A DNA stretch of 48,495 nucleotides from Clostridia bacterium (lineage in GTDB: Bacteria; Bacillota; Clostridia; Oscillospirales; CAG-272). The stretch lies in the NCBI GenBank assembly GCA_017415325.1, contig JAFQGY010000346.1:1-48495 (forward strand), given 5' to 3'. Made by a program: the position numbers and the translations under genes. The notes beneath the pieces are model-generated. The model did no database searches, was not told the DNA's origin, and saw nothing but the letters and a program-made list of their open reading frames with translations. Below are positions 18,401 through 29,097 of the stretch, piece by piece. The number at the start of each line of letters is the position of its first letter. Positions within the stretch are counted from its first letter, which is position 1.

Positions 18401-21400
18401 ATGAGAAAATGCACATCTGCGGTTCTGTGTGCCATACTGCTGGCGGCCTGCCTGACTGCCGGAAACGCTGCGGTGTCTGCCGTGGTGCCGGAGGATGGGG
18501 TGATTCTGTCTGACAGCATGACAGGCGAGACTGCCGAAGCATCGTTTCCGTCGGATTTCCAGTGGAACTATGATGCGGACACGAAAACGCTGACGCTGTC
18601 CGGAACGGGGTATGTGAACGTAAATCCTTTGGCGGATATGCCGTGGGTGGACGTGAACAATGAGATTGAACATATCGTGCTGGAGGAAGGGATCACGGGG
18701 TACTATCAGTCCTTCAGCGGGGATACATCTGCTCCGACCATGTATAAGTCTGTGAAGACGCTTTCAGTGCCGTCAACCCTGAATAGTTTCAGTGTGTATA
18801 TTCCCACTCTGGAAAAATATACAGCAGCGGAAGGCGGATGTTTTTATTGTGCGGATGATGTTTTATACCGTAAAGACGGGGAGGAAACTGTGCTGGTCTC
18901 CTATCCGAGAGGGAAAAGCGATCTGACATCTTTTACCGTTCCGGAGGGAGTCACAACCATTCAGAACGGTGGTCTGCAGAATGAGTATCTGCGGGAGATT
19001 CTGCTGCCGGATACGCTTACTACACTGCAGAACCGTTCTTTGGGGATGATCAGTGCAGCCACCCTGCATATTCCCGCATCTGTCACGGAAATTGACCCAC
19101 AGGCATTTGCGGCAAATGGAAATATGATGGAATACACCGTGGCGGAGGACAACCCGTATTTCAAATCCGTGGACGGCTGTATCTATGACATCGATCAGAC
19201 CATTCTGTATGCCTATCCACTGAACAGCAGCCGGACGGAATACACTGTCTCCGAGGGTGTGACCCGGATTCCCGACGATATGCTCCGGTGGAAGAATGCA
19301 CTGGATGCCCTGTATCTGCCGACTACGCTGGAAACGGTGGTTGTGACCCATTGCAGCAACGGGAGATCCCCCGCTGTGGTGGAAATTGCGGAGGGAAATC
19401 CGTATCTGTGCTGTGTGGACAATATCCTGTACTCAGCCGATATGAAGACGATGGTTCACTATCCCAACGGAAAAACAGAGACGGAATTTACGATTCCCGA
19501 TACAGTGGAAACCTTTGCGGAACAGTGCTTTATGGGATGCCCCATCCGGAAACTGTACCTGGGCAGCGGCATCACGGACATGAATCTGGATCAGAACTGG
19601 TTCTATAACGCCAGCCGCCTATACTTCCAGACCGAACCGCCCGCATGGCTGCAGGAAGCGACGGAATACGATATGCAGAAGTTCTACCGTGACCTGTCCG
19701 GGCTGTATCTGTGCTATCCGGAAGGAACCGAAGGCTGGGAAACCCCCACATGGACCAGTGAAGCGGGCGTGACCTATAACACTGCCGTCATCGGCACGGA
19801 ACCGGAACCGGAAAGCGGCAGCAGCGGAAACAGCTGGATTGTTCTGGAGGAAGAAGACCGGGGCAATATCGCGTTCGGTGTCAAGCGCGCACAGACGGCA
19901 TGGTCGGCGGACGGCGTGTTCACCGAGGGAGAATACCATCTCATCGACGTACAGGATACCTGGATTTCTGCGGTCTCCGACAATGCGGAGGATGCCGAAA
20001 CTGCCAAGGCGCTGGACTTCACGCTGGCCATGTCCTGGGATGACCAGTACCTGTACAGCTGGATTTCCTATACGGATCCCGACGGAGAGTATGTGATTAC
20101 CCCTGAACTCTGGAACGGAAGCTGTGTGCAGTTCGGTGCAGCGGATGTGGGGGCGGCGGACAGCAATGACCGGCTGGAAATCGGGATTGCCATGGATGCC
20201 GGGACCGGGGAAGAATTCTCTCTGAACTGGTCAGACCGGATGGGCAGCGGGTTTATGGCGGACAACAGCAGCCCGGAAGATTTCTGCGTAACCGTGGACG
20301 GGGCTGCCGTTTCCTATGAACTGCGGGTGCCCTTTACAGCGATTTCCGAAAAAACACCGGAAGAAAATGCACAGTATGCACTGGCGTATGTGCTGTCCTG
20401 GGGCAACGGCGGCAGCAGCTTCAGCCACACCCAGCTGGCATCCGGGATCTCCGGCGGAAAGAACCCTGCGGACTTTGCCACGGTGACGCTGGAAGAAAAC
20501 TGGGAAGATTTTGAAAATGTACAGTGGCGCTTTGACAAGGAAGACGGTACCCTGTATGTGCGCGGGGACGGGGCTGTGCCTTCTCTCTCCAGAGGGGAAG
20601 ATTACCCATGGATCGGTCATGCCGCCGATATCAGGACGCTGGTGCTGCAGGAAGGGATCACCTCCTATCCGTATCTGGCATTCCGCCATTTGGCGAACGG
20701 CGAGTTCTTCTATGCCATCGAAACGGTATATCTGCCCTCCACACTGATACAGCACAGTGACGGAATCAACTCCGGCAACCATGTACTGCAGAATGTATTT
20801 GTGACACCGGGCGGAAAGTATTATGACATTGACGGTGTTCTCTTCTCCGAAACGGACGGTGAAGTTACGCTGGAAATCTACCCCAACGGCAGAACCAATG
20901 TGGAATCCTACACGGTTCCCGAAAATGTACAGCATCTGCAGGATATGTCCTTCTTTGCCACCGATGTGGCGGAGGTGATTCTGCAGGAAGGCCTGCTGAC
21001 CATCGGTGATTCTGCATTCTATTCCGCCAATATTGAAAAACTGGTTCTCCCTGCCAGCCTGACCACCATTGGACACAAGGGAATCCAGTACAACCGCCTG
21101 CTGGAAGAAATTGTTCTGGCGGAAGGCAGTGAATACTTCACGACGCTGGACGGTGTTCTCTATACCAAAGATATGAAGACTCTGGCGGCGTTCCCCTGCG
21201 GATGGCCGGGAGAAGAATTCACCATCCCGAATGGTGTGGAAACCATTCCTGCCAATATGTTCCGGTTTGCATTCCATGTGAAGAACCTGAACATCCCCGC
21301 ATCGGTTGTGAACATTGAAGATACCATGGACGGTGCCGGCTATACGGCTCTTGAAGCGTTCCATGTGGATGCCGATAACCCCAGCTGGTCCAGTGTGGAC

Positions 21401-22678
21401 GGTGTGCTGTTCAATAAGGATCAGACCCTGCTGTATTACTATCCCTCTTCCAGACCGGATACGGAATATATGGTTCCCGATACGGTGACGGAAATTGAAG
21501 AAACGGCGTTCTATATGATCCACAATCTGCAGAACCTGATTATGGGGAAGAATGTAGAAACGCTGGAATGGTACAGAACCTTCTATGCCGGAAATGCGCA
21601 GGCTCTCACCACAGTTACTTTCCAGAATGCTGAGGTTCCCGCATATATGCACGATGCCGATGCATTCTCCTATATCCGGGACAAAATGACGCTGTATGTG
21701 CCCGCTTCCTCTGCAGAATGGACGACCCCCACCTGGACGAACGATGCCGGTGTGACCTTCAACACTGCCCGATACAGCAGTTTTATGGCAGCGGAAGCAG
21801 ACCGGGGGATCAATATCCTCATCGACAAGGCACAGACCGCATGGACAGCCGACGGCATCTTCACTGCGGGCGAATATCACACCATTGACGTACAGAATTC
21901 CTGGGTATCCGGGGTAGCCAGCGCAGATCTGCTGGGACTGCAGGCCAAGAATCTGGATTTTGATCTGGCCATGTCCTGGGATGACACCTATCTGTACACC
22001 TGGATTTCCTATACCGATCCCAACGGATACCTGTTCACAGACGAAAATAACCCCTCTTTCTGGGATGGCAGTATCGTTCAGTTTGCCGGTGCGGAGTATT
22101 CTGTCGGTGAACAGTCTATGAACTTCTTAGAGGTAGGCTTCGGTGTGACTTCGGATACCGGTGAAGAACGGACCATCCGCTGGAACGATTATCTGGGCAG
22201 CAGCTTTATGGGGGCTAACAGTGATCTGGAAGATTTCTGTGCCGTAGTGGACGGAGATACGGTTTCTTATGAATTCCGTGTGCCGATCTCTGCCTTCTCG
22301 GAAAAGGATCCTGCCGTATATGCCCAGTATAAGGTGTCTTATGCGCTCTCCTGGGGGAACGGCGGCGGTGAATATGCCCTGACCCAGCTTGGCGATGGCA
22401 TCGCAGGCGGCCCCAAGGATCCCTCCCAGTATGCGGGCATCACGCTGATTGATACTGCCTCCGGTGCAGATATGCCTGTAAAGGGTGACATCACCGGCGA
22501 CGGTAAGGTGACAGCATCCGACCTGAGCCTTCTGCAGCAGTATTACGCCGGATACCCCACCGAAATCAATATATATGCCGTGGATTTCGACGGAAACGGG
22601 AAGCTGACCCGGAAGGATGTCATGATTCTCGCCCGGTATCTGGCCGGATGGGATGGGTATGACCAGTATTTCCGCTGA
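18401..22678 (+). CDS. Secreted (LRR + DOMON/CBM9-like) x2 + dockerin protein
   Basis: RBS AAGGAG; signal MRKCTSAVL; LRR with VDGVLF/Y motifs; two copies of DG.FT.GEY..LAMSWDD.YLY; dockerin GDITGDG..DFDGNGKLTRKD. Confidence 0.83.
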   Translation: MRKCTSAVLCAILLAACLTAGNAAVSAVVPEDGVILSDSMTGETAEASFPSDFQWNYDADTKTLTLSGTGYVNVNPLADMPWVDVNNEIEHIVLEEGITGYYQSFSGDTSAPTMYKSVKTLSVPSTLNSFSVYIPTLEKYTAAEGGCFYCADDVLYRKDGEETVLVSYPRGKSDLTSFTVPEGVTTIQNGGLQNEYLREILLPDTLTTLQNRSLGMISAATLHIPASVTEIDPQAFAANGNMMEYTVAEDNPYFKSVDGCIYDIDQTILYAYPLNSSRTEYTVSEGVTRIPDDMLRWKNALDALYLPTTLETVVVTHCSNGRSPAVVEIAEGNPYLCCVDNILYSADMKTMVHYPNGKTETEFTIPDTVETFAEQCFMGCPIRKLYLGSGITDMNLDQNWFYNASRLYFQTEPPAWLQEATEYDMQKFYRDLSGLYLCYPEGTEGWETPTWTSEAGVTYNTAVIGTEPEPESGSSGNSWIVLEEEDRGNIAFGVKRAQTAWSADGVFTEGEYHLIDVQDTWISAVSDNAEDAETAKALDFTLAMSWDDQYLYSWISYTDPDGEYVITPELWNGSCVQFGAADVGAADSNDRLEIGIAMDAGTGEEFSLNWSDRMGSGFMADNSSPEDFCVTVDGAAVSYELRVPFTAISEKTPEENAQYALAYVLSWGNGGSSFSHTQLASGISGGKNPADFATVTLEENWEDFENVQWRFDKEDGTLYVRGDGAVPSLSRGEDYPWIGHAADIRTLVLQEGITSYPYLAFRHLANGEFFYAIETVYLPSTLIQHSDGINSGNHVLQNVFVTPGGKYYDIDGVLFSETDGEVTLEIYPNGRTNVESYTVPENVQHLQDMSFFATDVAEVILQEGLLTIGDSAFYSANIEKLVLPASLTTIGHKGIQYNRLLEEIVLAEGSEYFTTLDGVLYTKDMKTLAAFPCGWPGEEFTIPNGVETIPANMFRFAFHVKNLNIPASVVNIEDTMDGAGYTALEAFHVDADNPSWSSVDGVLFNKDQTLLYYYPSSRPDTEYMVPDTVTEIEETAFYMIHNLQNLIMGKNVETLEWYRTFYAGNAQALTTVTFQNAEVPAYMHDADAFSYIRDKMTLYVPASSAEWTTPTWTNDAGVTFNTARYSSFMAAEADRGINILIDKAQTAWTADGIFTAGEYHTIDVQNSWVSGVASADLLGLQAKNLDFDLAMSWDDTYLYTWISYTDPNGYLFTDENNPSFWDGSIVQFAGAEYSVGEQSMNFLEVGFGVTSDTGEERTIRWNDYLGSSFMGANSDLEDFCAVVDGDTVSYEFRVPISAFSEKDPAVYAQYKVSYALSWGNGGGEYALTQLGDGIAGGPKDPSQYAGITLIDTASGADMPVKGDITGDGKVTASDLSLLQQYYAGYPTEINIYAVDFDGNGKLTRKDVMILARYLAGWDGYDQYFR

Positions 22679-22702
22679 ACTCCGATACAATCCAATACCC
22701 TG

Positions 22703-22743
22703 GCAGCACCTTCGGATCCTTTCTTCCGGAGGTGCTGTTTTTT
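22703..22743 (+). terminator. Intrinsic terminator
   Basis: GCAGCACCTTCGGA...TCCGGAGGTGCTGT followed by TTTTT. Confidence 0.8.
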
Positions 22744-22771
22744 AAAATGGCCATTAAATACCGAAATTCTC

Positions 22772-22800
22772 TTGAAAAATATAGGTGAATATGTTATACT
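22772..22800 (+). promoter_or_regulatory. SigA-type promoter
   Basis: TTGAAA-17 nt-TATACT with extended -10 TG. Confidence 0.7.
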
Positions 22801-22839
22801 GATTTCCGGAGAATTTTAATTCATAAGGAGAGGTTTGTT

Positions 22840-25800
22840 ATGAAAAAACTGTATGCTGCAATGGCGGCGGCCGGGCTTGCGGGGCTTCTTGCTCTGTCTG
22901 CCGGGGCTATGTACATTGGGGATGACCTGTCCGGGTTCACGGAAATCAGCGTGTATCCCATGCAGGCAGAGGCATGGATACCGGACGGTGTCTTTTCAGA
23001 AGGGGAATACCACGAGATTCACTACGAACGCGGATGGGTTTCTGCCAATACGACGCTGGATGAAGATGCACAGGCCGGGAAAGATCTGGATTTCACCCTC
23101 GCCATGAGCTGGGACGGTGATTATATCTATACATATGTACAGTATGTGGATGAAAACGGTTACGACAGCAGCTATGCTGCCAACCAGATGTATCTTGGGA
23201 ACATGCTGCAGCTGAACTTTGCGCTGGGAGACGCCGGCGGAGAAAATCTGTACAGTGTGGAAATGACCCGGTATGATCAGGGCGATCTGGGGGCATATTC
23301 CTGGTATGACTATCTGGTATCCGGATGGCTGCCCACGGCCGGTACGGATTATACCGTAATCGTGGAGGAGACTGCGGCCGGTAAGGATTTGGTGACTTAT
23401 GAAGCCCGGGTTCCCTTTGATGTTTTTTGTGAATTCGAACCGTCAAACGGCGAACGGTACAGCATGCTGCCCCTGATTTCCTGGGGGAGTGAAGGGGAAC
23501 TGATCCATACCCAGTTGGGCTGCGGCAGATCCGAGGGACTTTGGGTGTTCGGTTTTGTCAACTTCACCCTGCGTGACAGTGCGCCTGTACAGACAGAAAA
23601 TTACTGGCCCGAAGCGGAAGGGGCTTTCCAGAAGCTGGATCTCTGTGTACCCTACAGAGAAGCGGAATGGAATCCGGCCGACGGGGAGATGGGCGAAGGG
23701 GAATATTTCCTGATCGAAGAAGATTCCAGCTGGAACTCCGCCAGTGTGGGGGATCCCGCTCTGCTGGAAACGGCAAAGTATCTGGACTATACTCTCGGTA
23801 TGTCCTGGGATCAGGATTACCTGTATACCTATATGGAATTTATTGACCCCGACGGACATGTAAACGAAGGCGATGCGGAAAATATCTGGAACAACGGCGG
23901 TCTGCAGATCGGGCTGGCCTGCGGTGACCGGTCCGGCGGCGGTTTCCTGGAATACGGAATTTCCAGATCCACTGCGGATGACAGTCTGATGGCCCATCAG
24001 TGGAACGCCAATGAAGGCGGGGCGTATGATGCTTCCGGCAATTTCAACGTGGTTGTAACCGATCTGGAGAACGGAACATCCAAGGTTGTATATGAAGTAC
24101 GTACTCCCTTTGATGCATATACCGACTGGGGGGTACAGAGCGGCATGGTATCCAGCGTGGCATATGTGCTCTGCTGGGGGAACAATGCTGTTGCCCATAC
24201 CCAGATGTCCTCCGGGATCAGCGGCCAGATGGGGAAGGATGCAGCCTGCTTTGCGGATATTATTCTGACCGGCGGCCCTGCCAACTACATTGATGAAGAA
24301 GATGTGGGCAATGTTGCCTTCACGGTAGAACAGGCTACCGCAGCATGGGCAGCCGATGGTATGTACAGCGAAGGGGAATACTTCGATATCGACGTACAGA
24401 ACACCTGGATGTCTGCATTTTCCAGCGATCCTTTCCTGACGGAGGATGTTAAGAATCTGGACTTTGATCTGGCAATGTCCTGGGACGAAGATTACCTGTA
24501 CAGCTATGTGAAGTTCACTGCCCCCGGCGGATATGTACCGACTCCTGCAGGAAATCCGGGAGAGATGTGGGGATATACCTGTCTGCAGGTGGGCGCTGCG
24601 GATACCGACTGTACCGGCGGTAACCGACTGGAATACGGTCTGGCTACCGATACGGACGGAGATATGATCTCTGCCAACTGGAGTGATTACAGCTACAATC
24701 CCGAAGGAAATTACGGCGTATTTGTGGACGGCAGCACCGTTGTGTATGAACTGCGGACTCCCTTTACCGCTTTCTCCCGGTATCTGCCCTCCGACGGGAA
24801 CGAATACGGTATAGGCTATGTGATGAGCACCAGTATCGATACGGGTAATCTGCGGCATACCCAGCTGGCATCCGGTATCTCCGGTGACCCCGGCAAGGAT
24901 GCAGCCCGCTTTGCCACCATCACCCTGAACGGGGAAACCTATGATTACAGCGTTGCCTGGGAACTGTCCGATGACGGTACTCTTACTGTGTCCGGCAGCA
25001 ATCCGATCATGGGATACAACTCCGCTGACGAACAGCCCTGGGCAGAAGTGCGTGACCAGATCAAGGCCATCGTGATCGAAGGTTCCGTGGGCATTATCGG
25101 TACCAATGCGTTCCTGGACTGTGTGAATGCCGAAACCATCACCATCGGAGAGGGCATTGAAGAAATTGCCATTTTCGCCTTTGAACACTGTGCTGCCGTG
25201 AAGACCATTCACATTCCGGAAAGCGTGACCAACATTTCCGTGGGTGCCTTCAAGCGGTGCTATTCTCTGGAAGCCTTTACTGTGGATGCAGACAATGACA
25301 GTTATACTGCACAGGACGGTGTACTGTTTACAAAGGATATGATCCGTCTTCTGCGGTATCCTCTGAACAAGCAGGATACCTTCTACAAGGTGCCGGATTC
25401 CGTGGTGGTTCTGTCGGCTGCTGCCATGGAAGAACTGCAGAATCTGACCGATCTGACCCTGCCTGTGCATCTGGAATCCATTGAAAACTGGTGCTTCTAC
25501 GGCACAACAGGCCTGCAGGAAATCCGGATTCCCGCACGGCTGGAATTCCTGGACTCTTATGCATTCGGCGGCTGCACCAGTCTGACCGATGTATATTTCG
25601 CAGGCAGCAAGCCCTGGGTAAGATTTGCAGAAGATGCGTTTGCAGACACCACCGAAGGGATCACTCTGCACTACCACGCCGGTAAGGAAGGCTGGGATAC
25701 TGTGGAAGGATACAGAATGGACATGATGGGCTTCAGAGGGGACATCACCGGCGACGATGCTGTGACCGAAAACGACCTGTTGCTCCTGCAGCAGTATTAT

Positions 25801-25929
25801 TCCGGTTATCCCACCGAGATCAGCATGGATGCGGCGGATGTGGACGGCGACGGCAGACTGACCCGCAGAGATGTCATGATCTATGCCCGGTATATGGACA
25901 ACTGGGAAGCGTATGACCTGTACTTCTGA
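22840..25929 (+). CDS. Secreted 3x DOMON/CBM9-like + LRR + dockerin protein
   Basis: Signal peptide; three copies of DG...EGEY..L.MSWD..Y.Y..HTQ; one LRR block; dockerin GDITGDD..DVDGDGRLTRRD. Confidence 0.83.
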   Translation: MKKLYAAMAAAGLAGLLALSAGAMYIGDDLSGFTEISVYPMQAEAWIPDGVFSEGEYHEIHYERGWVSANTTLDEDAQAGKDLDFTLAMSWDGDYIYTYVQYVDENGYDSSYAANQMYLGNMLQLNFALGDAGGENLYSVEMTRYDQGDLGAYSWYDYLVSGWLPTAGTDYTVIVEETAAGKDLVTYEARVPFDVFCEFEPSNGERYSMLPLISWGSEGELIHTQLGCGRSEGLWVFGFVNFTLRDSAPVQTENYWPEAEGAFQKLDLCVPYREAEWNPADGEMGEGEYFLIEEDSSWNSASVGDPALLETAKYLDYTLGMSWDQDYLYTYMEFIDPDGHVNEGDAENIWNNGGLQIGLACGDRSGGGFLEYGISRSTADDSLMAHQWNANEGGAYDASGNFNVVVTDLENGTSKVVYEVRTPFDAYTDWGVQSGMVSSVAYVLCWGNNAVAHTQMSSGISGQMGKDAACFADIILTGGPANYIDEEDVGNVAFTVEQATAAWAADGMYSEGEYFDIDVQNTWMSAFSSDPFLTEDVKNLDFDLAMSWDEDYLYSYVKFTAPGGYVPTPAGNPGEMWGYTCLQVGAADTDCTGGNRLEYGLATDTDGDMISANWSDYSYNPEGNYGVFVDGSTVVYELRTPFTAFSRYLPSDGNEYGIGYVMSTSIDTGNLRHTQLASGISGDPGKDAARFATITLNGETYDYSVAWELSDDGTLTVSGSNPIMGYNSADEQPWAEVRDQIKAIVIEGSVGIIGTNAFLDCVNAETITIGEGIEEIAIFAFEHCAAVKTIHIPESVTNISVGAFKRCYSLEAFTVDADNDSYTAQDGVLFTKDMIRLLRYPLNKQDTFYKVPDSVVVLSAAAMEELQNLTDLTLPVHLESIENWCFYGTTGLQEIRIPARLEFLDSYAFGGCTSLTDVYFAGSKPWVRFAEDAFADTTEGITLHYHAGKEGWDTVEGYRMDMMGFRGDITGDDAVTENDLLLLQQYYSGYPTEISMDAADVDGDGRLTRRDVMIYARYMDNWEAYDLYF

Positions 25930-25964
25930 TTTGTACCGGATATCTGAATAAAACCGGAACAAAA

Positions 25965-26181
25965 CCGCTCCTGTGGGACAAACCTGCGGGGGCGGGTTTT
26001 GTTTGTGCAGATAAAATGTATTTTTTATCAAACAACTTGCGGAAAGAATAGTTTTGTGCTATACTGTTGGGGAACAACAATACAGGAGGACAACAGAGGG
26101 ATATGAAGACAATGAAAAAACTGCTGCTTGCGGCCGGGATGCTGGCACTGCTGATGCTGCCGGTGCAGGCGGAGGATGCTG
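25965..26181 (+). repeat. 217-bp repeat (terminator-promoter-RBS-signal peptide), copy 1; copy 2 at 28960-29176, partial copy at 32006-32047
   Basis: Near-identical sequence CCGCTCCTGTGGGACAAACCTGCG...GGAGGATGCTG on visual alignment. Confidence 0.92.
26037..26065 (+). promoter_or_regulatory. SigA-type promoter (duplicated at ~29032-29060)
   Basis: TTGCGG-17 nt-TATACT with extended -10 TG; the copy reads TTGCAG-17-TATACT. Confidence 0.65.
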
Positions 26182-28931
26182 TGACAGAACCGGTTCAGGA
26201 AGTGGAAATGACCGGCGAAACGCTGACAGCGGACTATCAGACATGGTATAATGTACAGTGGAAATTTGATTCTGCCACCGGAACGCTGTATATCGGCGGG
26301 GAAGGGGCACTGCTGCAGGGCGGCCCCAGCTTCTATCCGTGGTATTCCTATGCATCGCAGATCAAAAAGGTCGTGGTGGAAGAAGGAATTACGGATCTGG
26401 CATACTCTTCTGTACGGGCGGATACCATTTCCTATACCGAAATCCATCTGCCGTCCACGCTGACCGAAATGGACGCTGTTCTGCTGCATGGATACAATCT
26501 GAAAACCATCACTGTGGCCGACGGCGGGATGTTTTATGTACAGAACGGAATCCTGTTCAAGGACGACGGAACGGACGTTACTCTGGTGTGCCAGCCGGGC
26601 GGACTGGTTCTGCGTACCTATACGGTTCCTGAGGATGTAACAAAGATCGGGGATTATGCATTCATGTCCCAGACTCTTACAGAACTGACCCTGCCGGAAG
26701 GGCTTGTCAGCATCGGCAGTCAGGCGTTTTATGGATGCAATGTCCTGACCTCCCTGTACATCCCGGCGGCGGTGACGGACATTCATGAGGAAGCCTTTAC
26801 CTACTGCAATGCGCTGGAAACCATTACGGTGGATCCGGATAACACGGTGTACACGGCGCAGGACGGGGTTCTGTTCACAAAGGATATGAAGCTGCTGCAT
26901 ACCTATCCGGCAAGAAAAGCGGGGACAGAGTATATGGTACCCGACGGTGTGGAACAGATTGCCTCTACCGTAATGAAACACTCCCGGATTCTGGAAGAAC
27001 TGACACTTTCCGCAACGGTACGGGAAGTTGTGCAGGTTATGGGATCCCTGTCTCCCCTGCCGTTCCGGGCGGTGTATGTGGATGCGGACAACCCGTATCT
27101 GTGCAGCAAAGACGGTATTCTGTACAGCAAGGATATGACTGCCCTGGTGCACTATCCCATCGGTCATACGGCTGCGGTATATGTGATGCCGGATACACTG
27201 AAGACGATCGTGAACGATGCCATCTGGGCAGTTTCCAATCTGGAGACAGTATACTGGGGCAGCGGCGTGGAAACGGTGGAAAACCGGATATACTGGGGCG
27301 GCGGCGTAAAGAGTATGTATTTCCCCGGGGATGTACCGGTATGGATGACCAACGGCTGCCGCAATGTACGCACGCAGGCGACCATGTACTACCCCGCAGG
27401 CAATACCACCTGGACAGACGGAACCATGACCTACGATGGGAATACCTATACTACTGCGGCATATGAAGCGGAAGAAGACGTGCAGTGGAATACATGGGAA
27501 AATATTCTGTGGAGATATGATGAAGAAACCGGGACACTGCATATCTCCGGGGAAGGGACAATGCCGGATGTGGAAGCGGATCTGTGGCCGTGGTATTCCC
27601 TTGCGGAATCTGTACAGCATGTAGTGTTTTACGGATTTGAAGAACTGTTGTATGACGTGTTCGGCTGTGCATACGGTGAGGGGGAGGCATATCCGAATAT
27701 TGTTTCCGTGACTCTGCCCTCCTCCCTGACATATCTGAATCCGATTGTAACCGGGTATCTGCCGCTTCAGAATTATTATGCGGAAGAGGGCGGATTCTAT
27801 TTTACACAGGACGGTATTCTGTATTCCATGCAGAATGGTCTGAAGAATCTTATATCCTATCCGTCCGGGCGCGATGAACAGCAAATCGTCGTTCCGGAAG
27901 GTACCCAGCGGATCTGGCAGGAAGCCATACTGCAGTCAGAGGCCGAAGAAATTGTGCTGCCGGAGAGTCTGCTGGAGATACTCTCACTTTCCATAGACTC
28001 CAGAGTGATTACTACGATCCATATTCCGGCAGGTGTTGAATATGTGTATGAGGATGCCTTTGTATTGTGCAATGCTCTGCAGTCCATTACAGTGGATACG
28101 AAAAATACAGAGTATTCTGCAGTGGACGGCGTATTGTATACGAAAGATATGACCATTCTGGTGGAATATCCCGAAGGTCGGCCGGATGAGATCTATGCCG
28201 TACCGGAAGGAGTGGAAAAGATCAATTCCTCTGTCATGACTACCCCGCAGTATATGAAAAGACTGGAACTTCCTGCATCTCTGATAAACATCGGAAATGT
28301 CGGGATATGGATGATGAATTGTTCTTTGGAAGAAATCAATGTTGATCCGGACAATACCGTATATGCTTCTGTGGATGGTGTGTTGTATGATAAGGATGTC
28401 ACAACAATGTATGTGTATCCTGTGGGTAAGCAGAATACAGTCTTCCGGATTCCGGATACGGTATCTGTATTGTATACAAGTAGCATGAATTTTAACAGGT
28501 ATCTGACAGATCTGTATATGAATAATGTGGAAACTGTAGGGATGTTTGCGTTAAGCGAAATTCCGGAACTGCGTAATGTGTATTTCTCCGGTGCGGTACC
28601 GGCATATCTGAATACGGCTTTTTCAGAATACGGAACTGCAATTACACTGCGGTATCTGCAGAGTGCAGAAGGCTGGAGCAGTCCCACAATGACCGTGGAG
28701 GGTGTGACATACAATACGGCTGTATATTCGATTGCAGGTGACATCACCGGCGACGGAAAAACCGACGAAACCGACCTGTCTCTCCTGACCCAGTATTTTT
28801 CCGGCTACCCCACAGAAATCGATGAATCTGCCGTGGATCTGGACGGAAACGGGAAGTTGACCCGGAAGGATGTCATGATTCTCGCCCGGTATCTGGCCGG
28901 ATGGGATGGGTATGACCAGTATTTCAGCTGA
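26103..28931 (+). CDS. Secreted 2x LRR (BspA-type) + dockerin protein
   Basis: Signal MKTMKKLLLAAG; two modules starting W.(F/Y)D..TGTL.I.GEG; many DGVL(F/Y).KD..L..YP units; C-terminal dockerin. Confidence 0.85.
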   Translation: MKTMKKLLLAAGMLALLMLPVQAEDAVTEPVQEVEMTGETLTADYQTWYNVQWKFDSATGTLYIGGEGALLQGGPSFYPWYSYASQIKKVVVEEGITDLAYSSVRADTISYTEIHLPSTLTEMDAVLLHGYNLKTITVADGGMFYVQNGILFKDDGTDVTLVCQPGGLVLRTYTVPEDVTKIGDYAFMSQTLTELTLPEGLVSIGSQAFYGCNVLTSLYIPAAVTDIHEEAFTYCNALETITVDPDNTVYTAQDGVLFTKDMKLLHTYPARKAGTEYMVPDGVEQIASTVMKHSRILEELTLSATVREVVQVMGSLSPLPFRAVYVDADNPYLCSKDGILYSKDMTALVHYPIGHTAAVYVMPDTLKTIVNDAIWAVSNLETVYWGSGVETVENRIYWGGGVKSMYFPGDVPVWMTNGCRNVRTQATMYYPAGNTTWTDGTMTYDGNTYTTAAYEAEEDVQWNTWENILWRYDEETGTLHISGEGTMPDVEADLWPWYSLAESVQHVVFYGFEELLYDVFGCAYGEGEAYPNIVSVTLPSSLTYLNPIVTGYLPLQNYYAEEGGFYFTQDGILYSMQNGLKNLISYPSGRDEQQIVVPEGTQRIWQEAILQSEAEEIVLPESLLEILSLSIDSRVITTIHIPAGVEYVYEDAFVLCNALQSITVDTKNTEYSAVDGVLYTKDMTILVEYPEGRPDEIYAVPEGVEKINSSVMTTPQYMKRLELPASLINIGNVGIWMMNCSLEEINVDPDNTVYASVDGVLYDKDVTTMYVYPVGKQNTVFRIPDTVSVLYTSSMNFNRYLTDLYMNNVETVGMFALSEIPELRNVYFSGAVPAYLNTAFSEYGTAITLRYLQSAEGWSSPTMTVEGVTYNTAVYSIAGDITGDGKTDETDLSLLTQYFSGYPTEIDESAVDLDGNGKLTRKDVMILARYLAGWDGYDQYFS

Positions 28932-29001
28932 GGAAAAACCAATACAGCCAAAACCAAATCCGCTCCTGTGGGACAAACCTGCGAGGGCGGGTTTTGTTTG
29001 T
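28734..29001 (+). repeat. 268-bp repeat (dockerin + terminator), copy 1; copy 2 at 31780-32047; related dockerin 3' half at ~22590-22678
   Basis: Long identical runs such as CCCGGAAGGATGTCATGATTCTCGCCCGGTATCTGGCCGGATGGGATGGGTATGACCAGTA in three genes. Confidence 0.92.
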
Positions 29002-29097
29002 GCAGATAAAATGTATTTTTCATCAAACAACTTGCAGGAAGAATAGTTTTGTGCTATACTATTGGGGAACAACAATACAGGAGGACAACAGAGGATT

